DNA of 64,000 nt, taken from the NCBI GenBank assembly GCA_002269645.1, contig NIVC01001112.1, forward strand, positions 185,640 through 249,639, read 5' to 3'. Below the pieces are notes generated by a model that did not search any database, was not told where the DNA came from, and saw nothing but the letters and a program-made list of their open reading frames with translations. Below, piece after piece: positions 12,701 through 23,930 of this stretch. The position numbers and the translations under genes are program-made. The number at the start of each line of letters is the position of its first letter. Position 1 is the stretch's first letter. This DNA comes from Macrostomum lignano (Eukaryota).

Positions 12701-15700
12701 GGGGGAGCGGAGAGGCAGATTCTCAAGGAGGGGGAGTGGAGAGGCAGATTCTCAAGGAGGGGGAGCGGAGAGGCAGATTCTCAAGGAGGGGGAGCGGAGA
12801 GGCAGATTTTCAAGGACTGAGGGAGAGTAGAGAGGCAGATTCTCAAGGACTGAGGGAGAGTAGAGAGGCAGATTCTCAAGGACTGAGGGAGAGTAGAGAG
12901 GCAGATTCTCAAGGACTGAGGGAGAGCAGAGAGGCAGATTCTCAAGGATTGAGGGAGAGTAGAGAGGCAGATTCTCGAGGACTGAGGGAGAGTAGAGAGG
13001 CAGATTCTCAAGGACTGAGGGAGAGTAGAGAGGCAGATTCTCAAGGACTGAGGGAGAGTAGAGAGGCAGATTCTCAAGGACTGAGGGAGAGTAGAGAGGC
13101 AGATTCTCAAGGACTGAGGGAGAGTAGAGAGGCAGATTCTCGAGGACTGAGGGAGAGTAGAGAGGCAGATTCTCAAGGACTGAGGGAGAGTAGAGAGGCA
13201 GATTCTCAAGGACTGAGGGAGAGCAGAGAGGCAGATTCTCAAGGATTGAGGGAGAGTAGAGAGGCAGATTCTCGAGGACTGAGGGAGAGTAGAGAGGCAG
13301 ATTCTCAAGGACTGAGGGAGAGTAGAGAGGCAGATTCTCAAGGACTGAGGGAGAGTAGAGAGGCAGATTCTCAGGGACTGAGGGAGAGTAGAGAGGCAGA
13401 TTCTCAAAGACTGAGGGAGAGTAGAGAGGCAGATTCTCAAGGACTGAGGGAGAGTAGAGAGGCAGATTCTCAAGGACTGAGGGAGAGTAGAGAGGCAGAT
13501 TCTCAAGGACTGAGGGAGAGTAGAGAGGCAGATTCTCAAGGACTGAGGGAGAGTAGAGAGGCAGATTCTCAAGGACTGAGGGAGAGTAGAGAGGCAGATT
13601 CTCAAGGACTGAGGGAGAGCAGAGAGGCAGATTCTCAAGGATTGAGGGAGAGTAGAGAGGCAGATTCTCGAGGACTGAGGGAGAGTAGAGAGGCAGATTC
13701 TCAAGGACTGAGGGAGAGTAGAGAGGCAGATTCTCAAGGACTGAGGGAGAGTAGAGAGGCAGATTCTCAGGACTGAGGGAGAGTAGAGAGGCAGATTCTC
13801 AAAGACTGAGGGAGAGTAGAGAGGCAGATTCTCGAGGACTGAGGGAGAGTAGAGAGGCAGATTCTCAAGGACTGAGGGAGAGTAGAGAGGCAGATTCTCA
13901 AGGACTGAGGGAGAGTAGAGAGGCAGATTCTCAAAGACTGAGGGAGAGTAGAGAGGCAGATTCTCGAGGACTGAGGGAGAGTAGAGAGGCAGATTCTCAA
14001 GGACTGAGGGAGAGTAGAGAGGCAGATTCTCAAGGACTGAGGGAGAGCAGAGAGGCAGATTCTCAAGGATTGAGGGAGAGTAGAGAGGCAGATTCTCGAG
14101 GACTGAGGGAGAGTAGAGAGGCAGATTCTCAAGGACTGAGGGAGAGTAGAGAGGCAGATTCTCAAGGACTGAGGGAGAGTAGAGAGGCAGATTCTCAGGG
14201 ACTGAGGGAGAGTAGAGAGGCAGATTCTCAAAGACTGAGGGAGAGTAGAGAGGCAGATTCTCAAGGACTGAGGGAGAGTAGAGAGGCAGATTCTCAAGGA
14301 GGGGGAGTGGAGAGGCAGATTCTCAAGGAGGGGGAGTGGGAGGCAGATTCTCAAGGAGGGGGAGTGGAGAGGCAGATTCTCAAGGAGGGGGAGTGGAGAG
14401 GCAGATTCTCAAGGACTGAGGGAGAGTAGAGAGGCAGATTCTCAAGGAGGGGGAGTGGAGAGGCAGATTCTCAAGGAGGGGGAGCGGAGAGGCAGATTCT
14501 CAAGGAGGGGGAGTGGAGAGGCAGATTCTCAAGGAGGGGGAGCGGAGAGGCAGATTCTCAAGGACTGAGGGAGAGTAGAGAGGCAGATTCTCAAGGAGGG
14601 GGAGCGGAGAGGCAGATTCTCAAGGACTGAGGGAGAGTAGAGAGGCAGATTCTCAAGGAGGGGGAGCGGAGAGGCAGATTCTCAAGGACTGAGGGAGAGT
14701 AGAGAGGCAGATTCTCAAGGAGGGAGAGTAGAGAGGCAGATTCTCAAGGACTGAGGGAGAGTAGAGAGGCAGATTCTCAAGGAGGGGGAGCGGAGAGGCA
14801 GATTCTCAGGGACTGAGGGAGAGTAGAGAGGCAGATTCTCAAGGACTGAGGGAGAGCAGAGAGGCAGATTCTCAAGGATTGAGGGAGAGTAGAGAGGCAG
14901 ATTCTCGAGGACTGAGGGAGAGTAGAGAGGCAGATTCTCAAGGACTGAGGGAGAGTAGAGAGGCAGATTCTCAAGGACTGAGGGAGAGTAGAGAGGCAGA
15001 TTCTCAGGGACTGAGGGAGAGTAGAGAGGCAGATTCTCAAAGACTGAGGGAGAGTAGAGAGGCAGATTCTCAAGGACTGAGGGAGAGTAGAGAGGCAGAT
15101 TCTCAAGGACTGAGGGAGAGTAGAGAGGCAGATTCTCAAGGACTGAGGGAGAGTAGAGAGGCAGATTCTCAAGGACTGAGGGAGAGTAGAGAGGCAGATT
15201 CTCGAGGACTGAATGAGAGTAGAGAGGCAGATTCTCAAGGACTGAGGGAGAGTAGAGAGGCAGATTCTCAAGGACTGAGGGAGAGCAGAGAGGCAGATTC
15301 TCAAGGATTGAGGGAGAGTAGAGAGGCAGATTCTCGAGGACTGAGGGAGAGTAGAGAGGCAGATTCTCAAGGACTGAGGGAGAGTAGAGAGGCAGATTCT
15401 CAAGGACTGAGGGAGAGTAGAGAGGCAGATTCTCAGGACTGAGGGAGAGTAGAGAGGCAGATTCTCAAGACTGAGGGAGAGTAGAGAGGCAGATTCTCAA
15501 GGACTGAGGGAGAGTAGAGAGGCAGATTCTCAAGGAGGGGGAGTGGAGAGGCAGATTCTCAAGGAGGGGGAGTGGGAGGCAGATTCTCAAGGAGGGGGAG
15601 TGGAGAGGCAGATTCTCAAGGAGGGGGAGTGGAGAGGCAGATTCTCAAGGACTGAGGGAGAGTAGAGAGGCAGATTCTCAAGGAGGGGGAGTGGAGAGGC

Positions 15701-18041
15701 AGATTCTCAAGGAGGGGGAGCGGAGAGGCAGATTCTCAAGGAGGGGGAGTGGAGAGGCAGATTCTCAAGGAGGGGGAGCGGAGAGGCAGATTCTCAAGGA
15801 CTGAGGGAGAGTAGAGAGGCAGATTCTCAAGGAGGGGAGTGGAGAGGCAGATTCTCAAGGACTGAGGGAGAGTAGAGAGGCAGATTCTCAAGGAGGGGGA
15901 GCGGAGAGGCAGATTCTCAAGGACTGAGGGAGAGTAGAGAGGCAGATTCTCAAGGAGGGAGAGTAGAGAGGCAGATTCTCAAGGACTGAGGGAGAGTAGA
16001 GAGGCAGATTCTCAAGGAGGGGGAGCGGAGAGGCAGATTCTCAGGGACTGAGGGAGAGTAGAGAGGCAGATTCTCAGGCACTGAGGTAGAGTAGAGAGGC
16101 AGATTCTCAAGGACTGAGGGAGAGTAGAGAGGCAGATTCTCAAGGAGGGAGAGTAGAGAGGCAGATTCTCAAGGAGGGGGAGTAGAGAGGCAGATTCTCA
16201 AGGACTGAGGGAGAGTAGAGAGGCAGATTCTCAAGGAGGGGGAGTGGGAGGCAGATTCTCAAGGACTGAGGGAGAGTAGAGAGGCAGATTCTCAAGGAGG
16301 GGGAGCGGAGAGGCAGATTCTCAAGGAGGGAGAGTAGAGAGGCAGATTCTCAAGGAGGGAGAGTAGAGAGGCAGATTCTCAAGGAGGGGGAGTGGAGAGG
16401 CAGATTCTCAAGGACTGAGGGAGAGTAGAGAGGCAGATTCTCAAGGACTGAGGGAGAGTAGAGAGGCAGATTCTCAAGGACTGAGGGAGAGTAGAGAGGC
16501 AATTCTCAAGGACTGAGGGAGAGTAGAGAGGCAGATTCTCAAGGAGGGGAGTGGAGAGGCAGATTCTCAAGGAGGGGGAGCGGAGAGGCAGATTCTCAAG
16601 GAGGGGGAGTGGAGAGGCAGATTCTCAAGGAGGGGGAGCGGAGAGGCAGATTCTCAAGGAGGGGGAGCGGAGAGGCAGATTCTCAAGGAGGGAGAGTAGA
16701 GAGGCAGATTCTCAAGGAGGGGGAGCGGAGAGGCAGATTCTCAAGGAGGGGGAGTGGAGGCAGATTCTCAAGGAGGGGGAGTGGGAGGCAGATTCTCAAG
16801 GACTGAGGGAGAGTAGAGAGGCAGATTCTCAAGGACTGAGGGAGAGTAGAGAGGCAAATTCTCAAGGACTGAGGGAGAGTAGAGAGGCAGATTCTCAAGG
16901 AGGGGGAGTGGAGAGGCAGATTCTCAAGGAGGGGGAGCGGAGAGGCAGATTCTCAAGGAGGGGGAGTGGAGAGGCAGATTCTCAAGGAGGGGGAGCGGAG
17001 AGGCAGATTCTCAAGGAGGGGGAGTGGAGAGGCAGATTCTCAAGGAGGGGGAGCGGAGAGGCAGATTCTCAAGGAGGGGGAGCGGAGAGGCAGATTTTCA
17101 AGGACTGAGGGAGAGTAGAGAGGCAGATTCTCAAGGACTGAGGGAGAGTAGAGAGGCAGATTCTCAAGGACTGAGGGAGAGTAGAGAGGCAGATTCTCAA
17201 GGAGGGGGAGTGGAGAGGCAGATTCTCAAGGACTGAGGGAGAGTAGAGAGGCAGATTCTCAAGGAGGGGGAGTGGAGAGGCAGATTCTCAAGGACTGAGG
17301 GAGAGTAGAGAGGCAGATTCTCAAGGAGGGGGAGCGGAGAGGCAGATTCTCAAGGAGGGAGAGTAGAGAGGCAGATTCTCAAGGAGGGGGAGCGGAGAGG
17401 CAGATTCTCAAGGAGGGGGAGTGGAGAGGCAGATTCTCAAGGACTGAGGGAGAGTAGAGAGGCAGATTCTCAAGGACTGACGGAGAGCAGAGAGGCAGAT
17501 TCTCAAGGAGGGGAGTGGAGAGGCAGATTCTCAAGGAGGGGGAGCGGAGAGGCAGATTCTCAAGGAGGGGGAGCGGAGAGGCAGATTCTCAAGGAGGGGG
17601 AGCGGAGAGGCAGATTTGCCTGATGAAATGCCTTACCACACCTATAACTTGTTCAACCAATCTGTTCTATAATTGAATGTTCTGCATCATAATGATAGAT
17701 GGCTGCAGACTCCATTATTAATCATATAATTTTAATTTTCAACAAATTTCCAGCCCTAAAGGCCGCATTCGACGACAGGTCTCTGTTTCCAAAGTACATT
17801 CTGGACTACGAGAGTCAGATGAAAAAATATCAGAATTTTGCCACAAACACAAAGGAGAAGGACAAAGGAGAGATTTCGGTAGGTGCTTGAACCTGCTTCC
17901 AAGGGATTTTACGAGAATTATGATTTATATTTTATAGTAGGACAAAATCTTTGCTGCAACCTTCAGGCCAAAGGCAGTCAGCCCTCAGCGCCCGGAACAG
18001 CCTCGCACGGAAGATCTGATTTGCGATCAAAAAAGAAGTAA
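702..18041 (+). CDS. WDR49: WD40-repeat protein, WDR49/EFCAB8/WDY-like; 3' part of a multi-exon gene
   Basis: Well-supported exons with AG/GT boundaries and consistent phase: 702-853 (LETEWQAHPDQINDLEF...LTASSDCSVSLWDILGNLIGIFGQ, a WD repeat), 1503-1565 (EEHWKIEHL...), ~4889-5049 (...VTAWNSSLLG), 6542-6657 (SSYIEAAKQKRQRRQP...), 7430-7562, 17754-17878 (LKAAFDDRSLFPKYILDYE...), 17967-18041 (stop TAA). Exons 2013-2090 and 2258-2307 are tentative; they restore phase. The family call is from recalled similarity to the WDR49 C-terminus (GIFGQ-EHW), not from a search. Confidence 0.72.
890..1430. repeat. Degenerate GTGTCCGA / ~25-bp (GAGAGTATTGATATGCAAAGTGTCC) tandem repeat in intron 854-1502
   Basis: The recurring GTGTCCGA core is visible. 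ORFs 936-1413 are by-products. Confidence 0.9.
1735..1950. repeat. 33-bp (TTTAGTGTCAGGTGGAATTCAATTGGATTTTAA) x4 followed by ~21-bp variants, intronic
   Basis: Tandem copies are directly visible. Confidence 0.9.
2629..4557. mobile_element. Non-autonomous hAT-like element whose interior has expanded into a CT-rich array
   Basis: Left end CTGGGTTGGCGGACTCCGGCCCGCGGGCC; right end AGTTTGCGGACCCCAG, an imperfect inverted match of the CAGGGGTC(G/C)GCAAACT type. The subterminal AAGCCTCTCTATC.GG.CCTCGGGTCCTT.GAAAC recurs at ~60825-60860 on the minus strand. No clean TSD was found. Confidence 0.5.
2705..4490. repeat. 46-bp polypyrimidine minisatellite (~27 copies to ~4010) decaying into CT-rich sequence
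   Basis: The CTGAC marker recurs at 46-bp spacing (2750, 2796...). The + strand is almost purely C/T. Confidence 0.95.
5055..6450. repeat. ~8-bp (GGTGAGTT / GTTGAGTT / GGTGATTT)n array filling intron 5050-6541
   Basis: Directly visible; it starts just after the G|GTGAGT donor. It is the source of ORF 4922..6535. Confidence 0.95.
6700..7370. repeat. Degenerate ~9-bp (TTCCCTGAT / TTCCCTAAT)n array in intron 6658-7429
   Basis: Directly visible; pyrimidine-rich and essentially AG-free on the sense strand. Confidence 0.92.
7954..8093. repeat. Small inverted repeat (~27-bp arms), possible tiny MITE or hairpin
   Basis: TTGTTATTGCTTTTGATAGGAGGCAA at ~7956 pairs with TTGCCTCCTATCAAAAGTAATAACAA ending at ~8091. 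Confidence 0.65.
8560..17615. repeat. ~9 kb purine-rich satellite of 33-bp (AGAGGCAGATTCTCAAGGACTGAGGGAGAGTAG) and 29-bp (AGAGGCAGATTCTCAAGGAGGGGGAGTGG) units inside intron 7563-17753
   Basis: Directly visible. The flanking exons 7430-7562 and 17754-17878 join in phase 1. It accounts for all ORFs from 8519 to 17236. Confidence 0.97.
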
Positions 18042-18224
18042 AAATTTACAAAAAAAATTCTGTGTTGCAGTGTGATATTACTAATAGTAATTCGCTGGAG
18101 ATTTTTGGCGTGAAGTTGACTATTGATATTTTGTGTTTTCTTTCACCGCTTATAGCCGATGTTTTTATATTTCACTTTGAAATTAGAAACGTTTAAATCG
18201 ACCAATTTAATATTTTGCTTGGGT

Positions 18225-19595
18225 CAATTTGGGTCAATCAGTCACTTTGGGTCAATCAGTCACTTTGGGTCAATCAGACAATTTGGCTCAATCAGTCACT
18301 TTGGGTCAATCAGTCACTTTGGGTCAACCAGACAATTTGGGTCAATCAGTCACTTTGGGTCAATCAGTCACTTTGTGTCAATCAGAAAATTTGGGTCAAT
18401 CAGTCACTTTGGGTCAATCAGACAATTTGGGTCAATCAGGCACTTTGGGTCAATCAGACATTTTGGGTCAATCAGACAATTTGGGTCAATCAGACACTTT
18501 GGGTCAATCAGACAAGTTAGGTCAATCAGACAATTTGGGTCAATCAGACAAGTTGGGTCAATCAGACAATTTGGGTCAATCAGACACTTTGGGTCAATCA
18601 GACAAGTTGGGTCAATCAGACACTTTGGGTCAATCAGACAATTTGGGTCAATCAGACACTTTGGGTCAATCAGACAATTTGGGTCAATCAGACACTTTGG
18701 GTCAATCAGACAAGTTGGGTCAATCAGACACTTTGGGTCAATCAGACAAGTTGGGTCAATCAGACACTTTGGGTCAATCAGACAAGTTGGGTCAATCAGA
18801 CACTTTGGGTCAATCAGACAAGTTGGGTCAATCAGACACTTTGGGTCAATCAGACAAGTTGGGTCAATCAGACAATTTGGGTCAATCAGACAAGTTGGGT
18901 CAATCAGACAATTTGGGTCAATCAGACAAGTTGGGTCAATCAGACAAGTTGGGTCAATCAGACACTTTGGGTCAATCAGACAATTTGGGTCAATCAGACA
19001 CTTTGGGTCAATCAGACAAGTTGGGTCAATCAGACACTTTGGGTCAATCAGACAAGTTGGGTCAATCAGACACTTTGGGTCAATCAGACAAGTTGGGTCA
19101 ATCAGACAAGTTGGGTCAATCAGTCACTTTGGGTCAACCAGACAATTTGGGTCAATCAGTCACTTTGGGTCAATCAGTCACTTTGTGTCAGTCAGTCACT
19201 TTGGGTCAATCAGAAAATTTAGGTCAATCAGAAAATTTGGGTCAATCAGTCACTTTGGGTCAATCAGACAATTTGGGTCAATCAGGCACTTTGGGTCAAT
19301 CAGACATTTTGGGTCAATCAGACAATTTGGGTCAATCAGACACTTTGGGTCAATCAGACACTTTGGGTCAATCAGACAAGTTGGGTCAATCAGACACTTT
19401 GGGTCAATCAGACAAGTTGGGTCAATCAGACAATTTGGGTCAATCAGAAAATTTAGGTCAATCAGACACTTTGGGTCAATCAGACAATTTGGGTCAATCA
19501 GACAATTTGGGTCAATCAGACACTTTGGGTCAATCAGACACTTTGGGTCAATCAGACAATTTGGGTCAATCAGACAATTTGGGTCAATCAGTCAG
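18225..19595. repeat. 18-bp minisatellite (TTGGGTCAATCAGACA[CT/AT/AG])n, ~75 copies, just downstream of the WD40 gene stop
   Basis: Directly visible; a few unit variants are interspersed. Confidence 0.96.
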
Positions 19596-20926
19596 CAAGT
19601 TTTCAGGCAGCGCGCTTAAGAGTTCACAATGAAATTTCTATTTCTTTATTCGTGTGTGTCTGCTTATTCACTTTGATATAATGAACTGAAATTCTGTGTA
19701 CGTTTACAAAACAGCTTTTCATACCTAACAAAAGTTTGCACACTTTGCACGGAGTTTTGATGCGAATATGTTTTAGCCGCAGTTCGCTTATATATTCTTC
19801 TATCAGAGCTTAGCAATATATAAAATAGATTTCTGAAAAAAGGAAAAAAATTTAATGTAAATTCTGTTTTCTTTTTTTGACTTCAGAATCTGCTTCTGGA
19901 GCGATTTTATTTAGATTTTTCTTAGAAGTTTTTTTAAGAAACTTTTCTGTATCTTCCCAAGCTGCAATTTCGAATTTTTTACTTTTAATGTTTGTTTAAA
20001 CTGAATCAGCTTATTTTTTTGTTTTTTTTTAAACTCAATCTAACTGGATTGGAAACTGATAGCTCCAGTGCACTGTCCTAACTGAGACACTTTTGCGCAA
20101 TCATCAATGCAAAACTACTGAAATGCAAAAAGCTTATCGTAGTTAAAAATTCTGTGGATGTTCTGTAATACTTGGCCACCAAATATATATTTATTGACAG
20201 AATTAATATTCCTAATTTTTTAATAGTTAATTCTTTTCTGTAGCAGAGCGAAAACGATTGCATCTAAACATTCAACATTGTCTTTGTTGTGTTTAAATAA
20301 AGTAGATATAAAGAACAACAAACAAAAACCAATAAAATTTCATAATAAATATTGGATTGCATTGCACAACTGAATTAACCTGGATAAAATGATTCACTCG
20401 TACATGTATTTATTGTCAAGTTCAAGTGATGAAAACGATTTTTGAAAAATGAATAGTAAGCATTCTTAAGTGTATCTGTACTTTAGTTTCAGCAGTTCCA
20501 TCGGAGAGTACATGCGTGCAGCTGGGCTTCTGCTAGACGGTAGTTCGGTCTCAGTGGCTATACAGGTAATTCATCAGCTAGAGCAAAAAAGGTAAGAGGT
20601 ATATGGGTATGGAATACTAAGGTTAAAACAAATTCAAATGTACAAGTATTTTCCCTCTAAAGAGGGTGACGCCATTTGTCGCGCGAGGTGCTTGTGCCAA
20701 GGAAGAAAATCAGGAGCCTGACGTACATCACGGATATATACATGCATATATACATGTACATATACTGTAATAAGCAAGCTTAATTAAGAGTGTATAGCTA
20801 AATTTTTACCACTAGAGGAGAATTTTATCTGTATGCTTGTTCGTACACAATTAGTTTTGTTCTAACTATCGATAGTAATAAAGATAGAAACGTTAATAAT
20901 AATGCTCGTTAAAAATGTACTTTAGT

Positions 20927-21771
20927 CTATGCAGTCTCAGCAACTAATCTTTGGGCTTCTGGAGATAGTTGGCCAAACTGAGCACACTTGCAATGATTTG
21001 TTTCTGGCATCGAATTTGAGTCTTGGACAGGTTTATAGCACACGGTGCACCGGTTCTGGTCGTTGCTCTGGATGGAAATCTCTGTATTGTTCGTGGCCGT
21101 GCTGTTAGCATTGGAGGATTGTCTCTTCGAGAAGCAGCATGTGGTTTTGCGTTTATAAAAGAAAACCATAGCAATAATGGCAGCAGCAAACAAAAAAGTC
21201 AGCACAACTACAGAACCAACAACGATTTTTGTTATAGTCCCAGTTTGGTCACAATGGCTTGGCCTATTAGCAGCTCGAACAGCGGGACAAGCTCGGCAAC
21301 TGCCATTTGGATGGTGCAGATCTTCGCTGCAATTTCTACAGCGCATCAGCTCGCGATCTGAGCAGTTCTGAGCCAGCTGCACCTCCATTGCAGAGGTCGG
21401 CGATGGCGTGATAGAATCGGGGCAGAATTTGTTCTGTGTGAGGCATGTCAATAATCGTTTGTTCTTGGATTCTGGGCCGGGACAGCTGACGCAGACGCAA
21501 GCGGAATCCGGGTAATGCGCTGCTGCCGACCTGCAGGTTATTCCAGGGTCGCTGCACAGCAAATCATCGCATTGTACGGGTGGATCGTCTGCGTTGGGGC
21601 AAACATTCAGCTCCCTAGTTAAACAGCTCAATTTCCACTTCTCGTACGCGGAAGTAGCCGGAACTACAGGACACATCGAGCAGGCGCAATCGGAACTCAG
21701 GTATTGCCCAGGTGGACAGCGAGTTTTGATAGTGTCGGAGCACAGTAAACTGTTGCACGATCGGGCCGTTG
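20927..21771 (-). CDS. Cys-rich type I membrane protein, TNF-receptor-like; 5'-partial (signal-peptide exon not located)
   Basis: The open frame extends upstream of the listed ORF to acceptor TTTAAG|CA at 21771 (phase 1), adding TARSCNSLLCSDTIKTRCPPGQYLSSDCACS. It has two internal Cys repeats, a TM segment (IVVGSVVVLTFLFAAAIIAMVFFY) followed by KRK, and a cytoplasmic PVQDS. Confidence 0.7.
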
Positions 21772-22355
21772 CTTAAATTTAGAAAAAGTTTCACCGATGT
21801 GAAATACTGAGAGAGGCAATGCATCTCAGCAGCTCCCCTTTAGACTATAGCGCCTATTCCTAACCCTAATTCTTTCATTTGATTGCTTTTTCTTTACTTA
21901 ATTTTCATTACTAACTTCAAGCTGAAATTTACAACTTCATCTAAAGCATTTCGTTAACCTTCGGTCAGAGAATAACCTGTACTTTGGCTACTCGGTACTC
22001 AGGTAAAAAAATGGAGAGCTTCTATGTGAATTAGTACACGTCGGCAAGAGAGTGAAGCGAAGAAAGCGTTTCTCAGCGTACGCAACTTCTACAGAAATAG
22101 AATGGGGGACAAAAGAGACTGTGCAAAAGTGTTACAAGCAGTTTAGTTCCATGTTCTGTGTTGCTTAGGCTAGCCAAAGTTTATTGAATGACAAAGGAGC
22201 CCGCAGCTATTTAGTCAGTGTGTGACATCGCATGAATGAATGTATTAATGAGCTGTGACTATAGACAGCTGGGAAATTTTCTCATCCAACTGTAGGCCTA
22301 CTGTAAACGCTGTAAGTACTTTGAATAGGCCTTTGACAAAAAGCGTAGTTGTCTG

Positions 22356-22809
22356 GGTACCTCTCATTTCGCCGATTCTCGTTTCGCCGATTCTCGTTTC
22401 GCCGAATCTCATTTCGCCGATTCTCGGTTCGCCGACATTCTCATTTCGCCGATTCTCGGTTCGCCGAAATTAGTTTCATAACCATCTGGACATTAGACCA
22501 TAGACAACTACACTAATGCAAGTGTGATTTAGATGTCTATGGCTTGAAAAATAAAGTATTGTATTGGTAATATAGCTATACAGAAGGAAGAATTCCTAAT
22601 TTTAACTTTATTTTTCAAGCCATAGACATCTAAATCACACTTGCATTAGTGTAGTTGTCTATATGGTCTAATGTCCAGATAGTTATGAAACTAATTTCGG
22701 CGAACCGAGAATCGGCGAAATGAGAATGTCGGCGAACCGAGAATCGGCGAAATGAGATTCGGCGAAACGAGAATCGGCGAAACGAGAATCGGCGAAATGA
22801 GAGGTACCC
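22356..22809. mobile_element. Foldback/Mutator-like MITE, 454 bp, ~200-bp TIRs, 9-bp TSD
   Basis: Arms 22356-22557 and 22605-22809 are near-perfect reverse complements containing tandem TTTCGCCGATTCTC subrepeats. The direct repeat TAGTTGTCT flanks both ends (22347-22355, 22810-22818). Confidence 0.9.
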
Positions 22810-23930
22810 TAGTTGTCTATGGCCAAGGTAGAGATTCTTAAACACATATGGTTGACATACTTAAGGAGAAACGTTTTCAAGGGAAGTAGCAAAGAAGAAT
22901 GACTACTGTATCATGGTAGGTAAAAAAAGACAAAAAAAACAAAACTTACCACTTGAAGTTGATAGAAAAATAAAGACTGCTACTAATTTGAACATAGTAA
23001 GCATAATCGTAGTGTGCGAAATCGTTTAGCTTGGCAATTTGATTTAGCTGTAGCTGAGTAGTCGATTGCACAAGCGTTTAATTTTGCAATAAAAAGTAGG
23101 CTCAAAATAAATTTGGATGTCTTTCATAGCGATAAAGCGATACCATTGCGAGCTGCGCGAGAGAGAAAGAGAAAGAGAGAGAGAAGAGAAGAGAAAGACG
23201 CGAGTGCACGGACGCCCACGCACACGCATCATTGGCCTATTACATTTTAATATAGGCCTCAGCCAGGTACTCTCGGCCTGTACAAGATATGAGCAATAGA
23301 AAGCAATAAATGGAGTGAGAGAGAAACAAAAAATAAGCCAAGCCAATAAGAGAAAATCGCCAGTTGAGATTGTGCATTTACATTAACTTAGCTTGGACCA
23401 AACTGAAAGCATTGAGCATTGAACGCATGCATTAGTGGCGATACACATTATGAAGGGAGAGATCTATGACGAATGTTGCAATCAAGCACTGGCACTGTGG
23501 ACCGCAAGACACAGCGTACACACAAACACGCCTCAATAAAACAAAACTCATACGCCTAAAAATAACCTAATTTACGAGCTACAAGTAAAACAAACACAAA
23601 AATTTAAATAACATTAACGGACTGCAATAGCTATTCTGATTTGCTAGTAAATTATAAAAATTATAACAAAAATGGAAATAACGTTAATAATCCAATAAAA
23701 AAATTCGACACTGTCACATAACGAAACTCGTTTTTAGTTTGTCGAAAATTTGCAAAAGAATTAAAATTTGTTCGTTTACTCTTAAAGCCGACCAAATGTT
23801 TATTGTTTATTGTTAACTAACATATTCTTAGTTCAAGTAAGATGTATGTCATGCCGACAGAGGTGGGTAGCAAAACTAAAGCAGTGCGTGAGTAAGGGGG
23901 TTGAATGGATTTTTTTTTTAGAGGCAGGGG

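Noticed and set aside
8519-17236. Long ORFs encoding (GLRESREADSQ)n and (RICLSTLPQSL)n
   Set aside because: They result from a stop-free 33-bp monomer, are open on both strands, are broken by indels, and lie in an intron whose flanking exons join in phase.
8560-19595. CRISPR-like appearance of the regular arrays
   Set aside because: There are no unique spacers and no cas genes, and the context is eukaryotic and intron-containing.
20490-20566. Possible isolated + strand exon (SSIGEYMRAAGLLLDGSSVSVAIQ|GT)
   Set aside because: No partner exons or recognisable domain were found.
23044-23346. ORF as the missing signal-peptide exon of the TNFR-like gene
   Set aside because: It starts at TTG with no in-frame ATG after the upstream stop, and the donor is weak.
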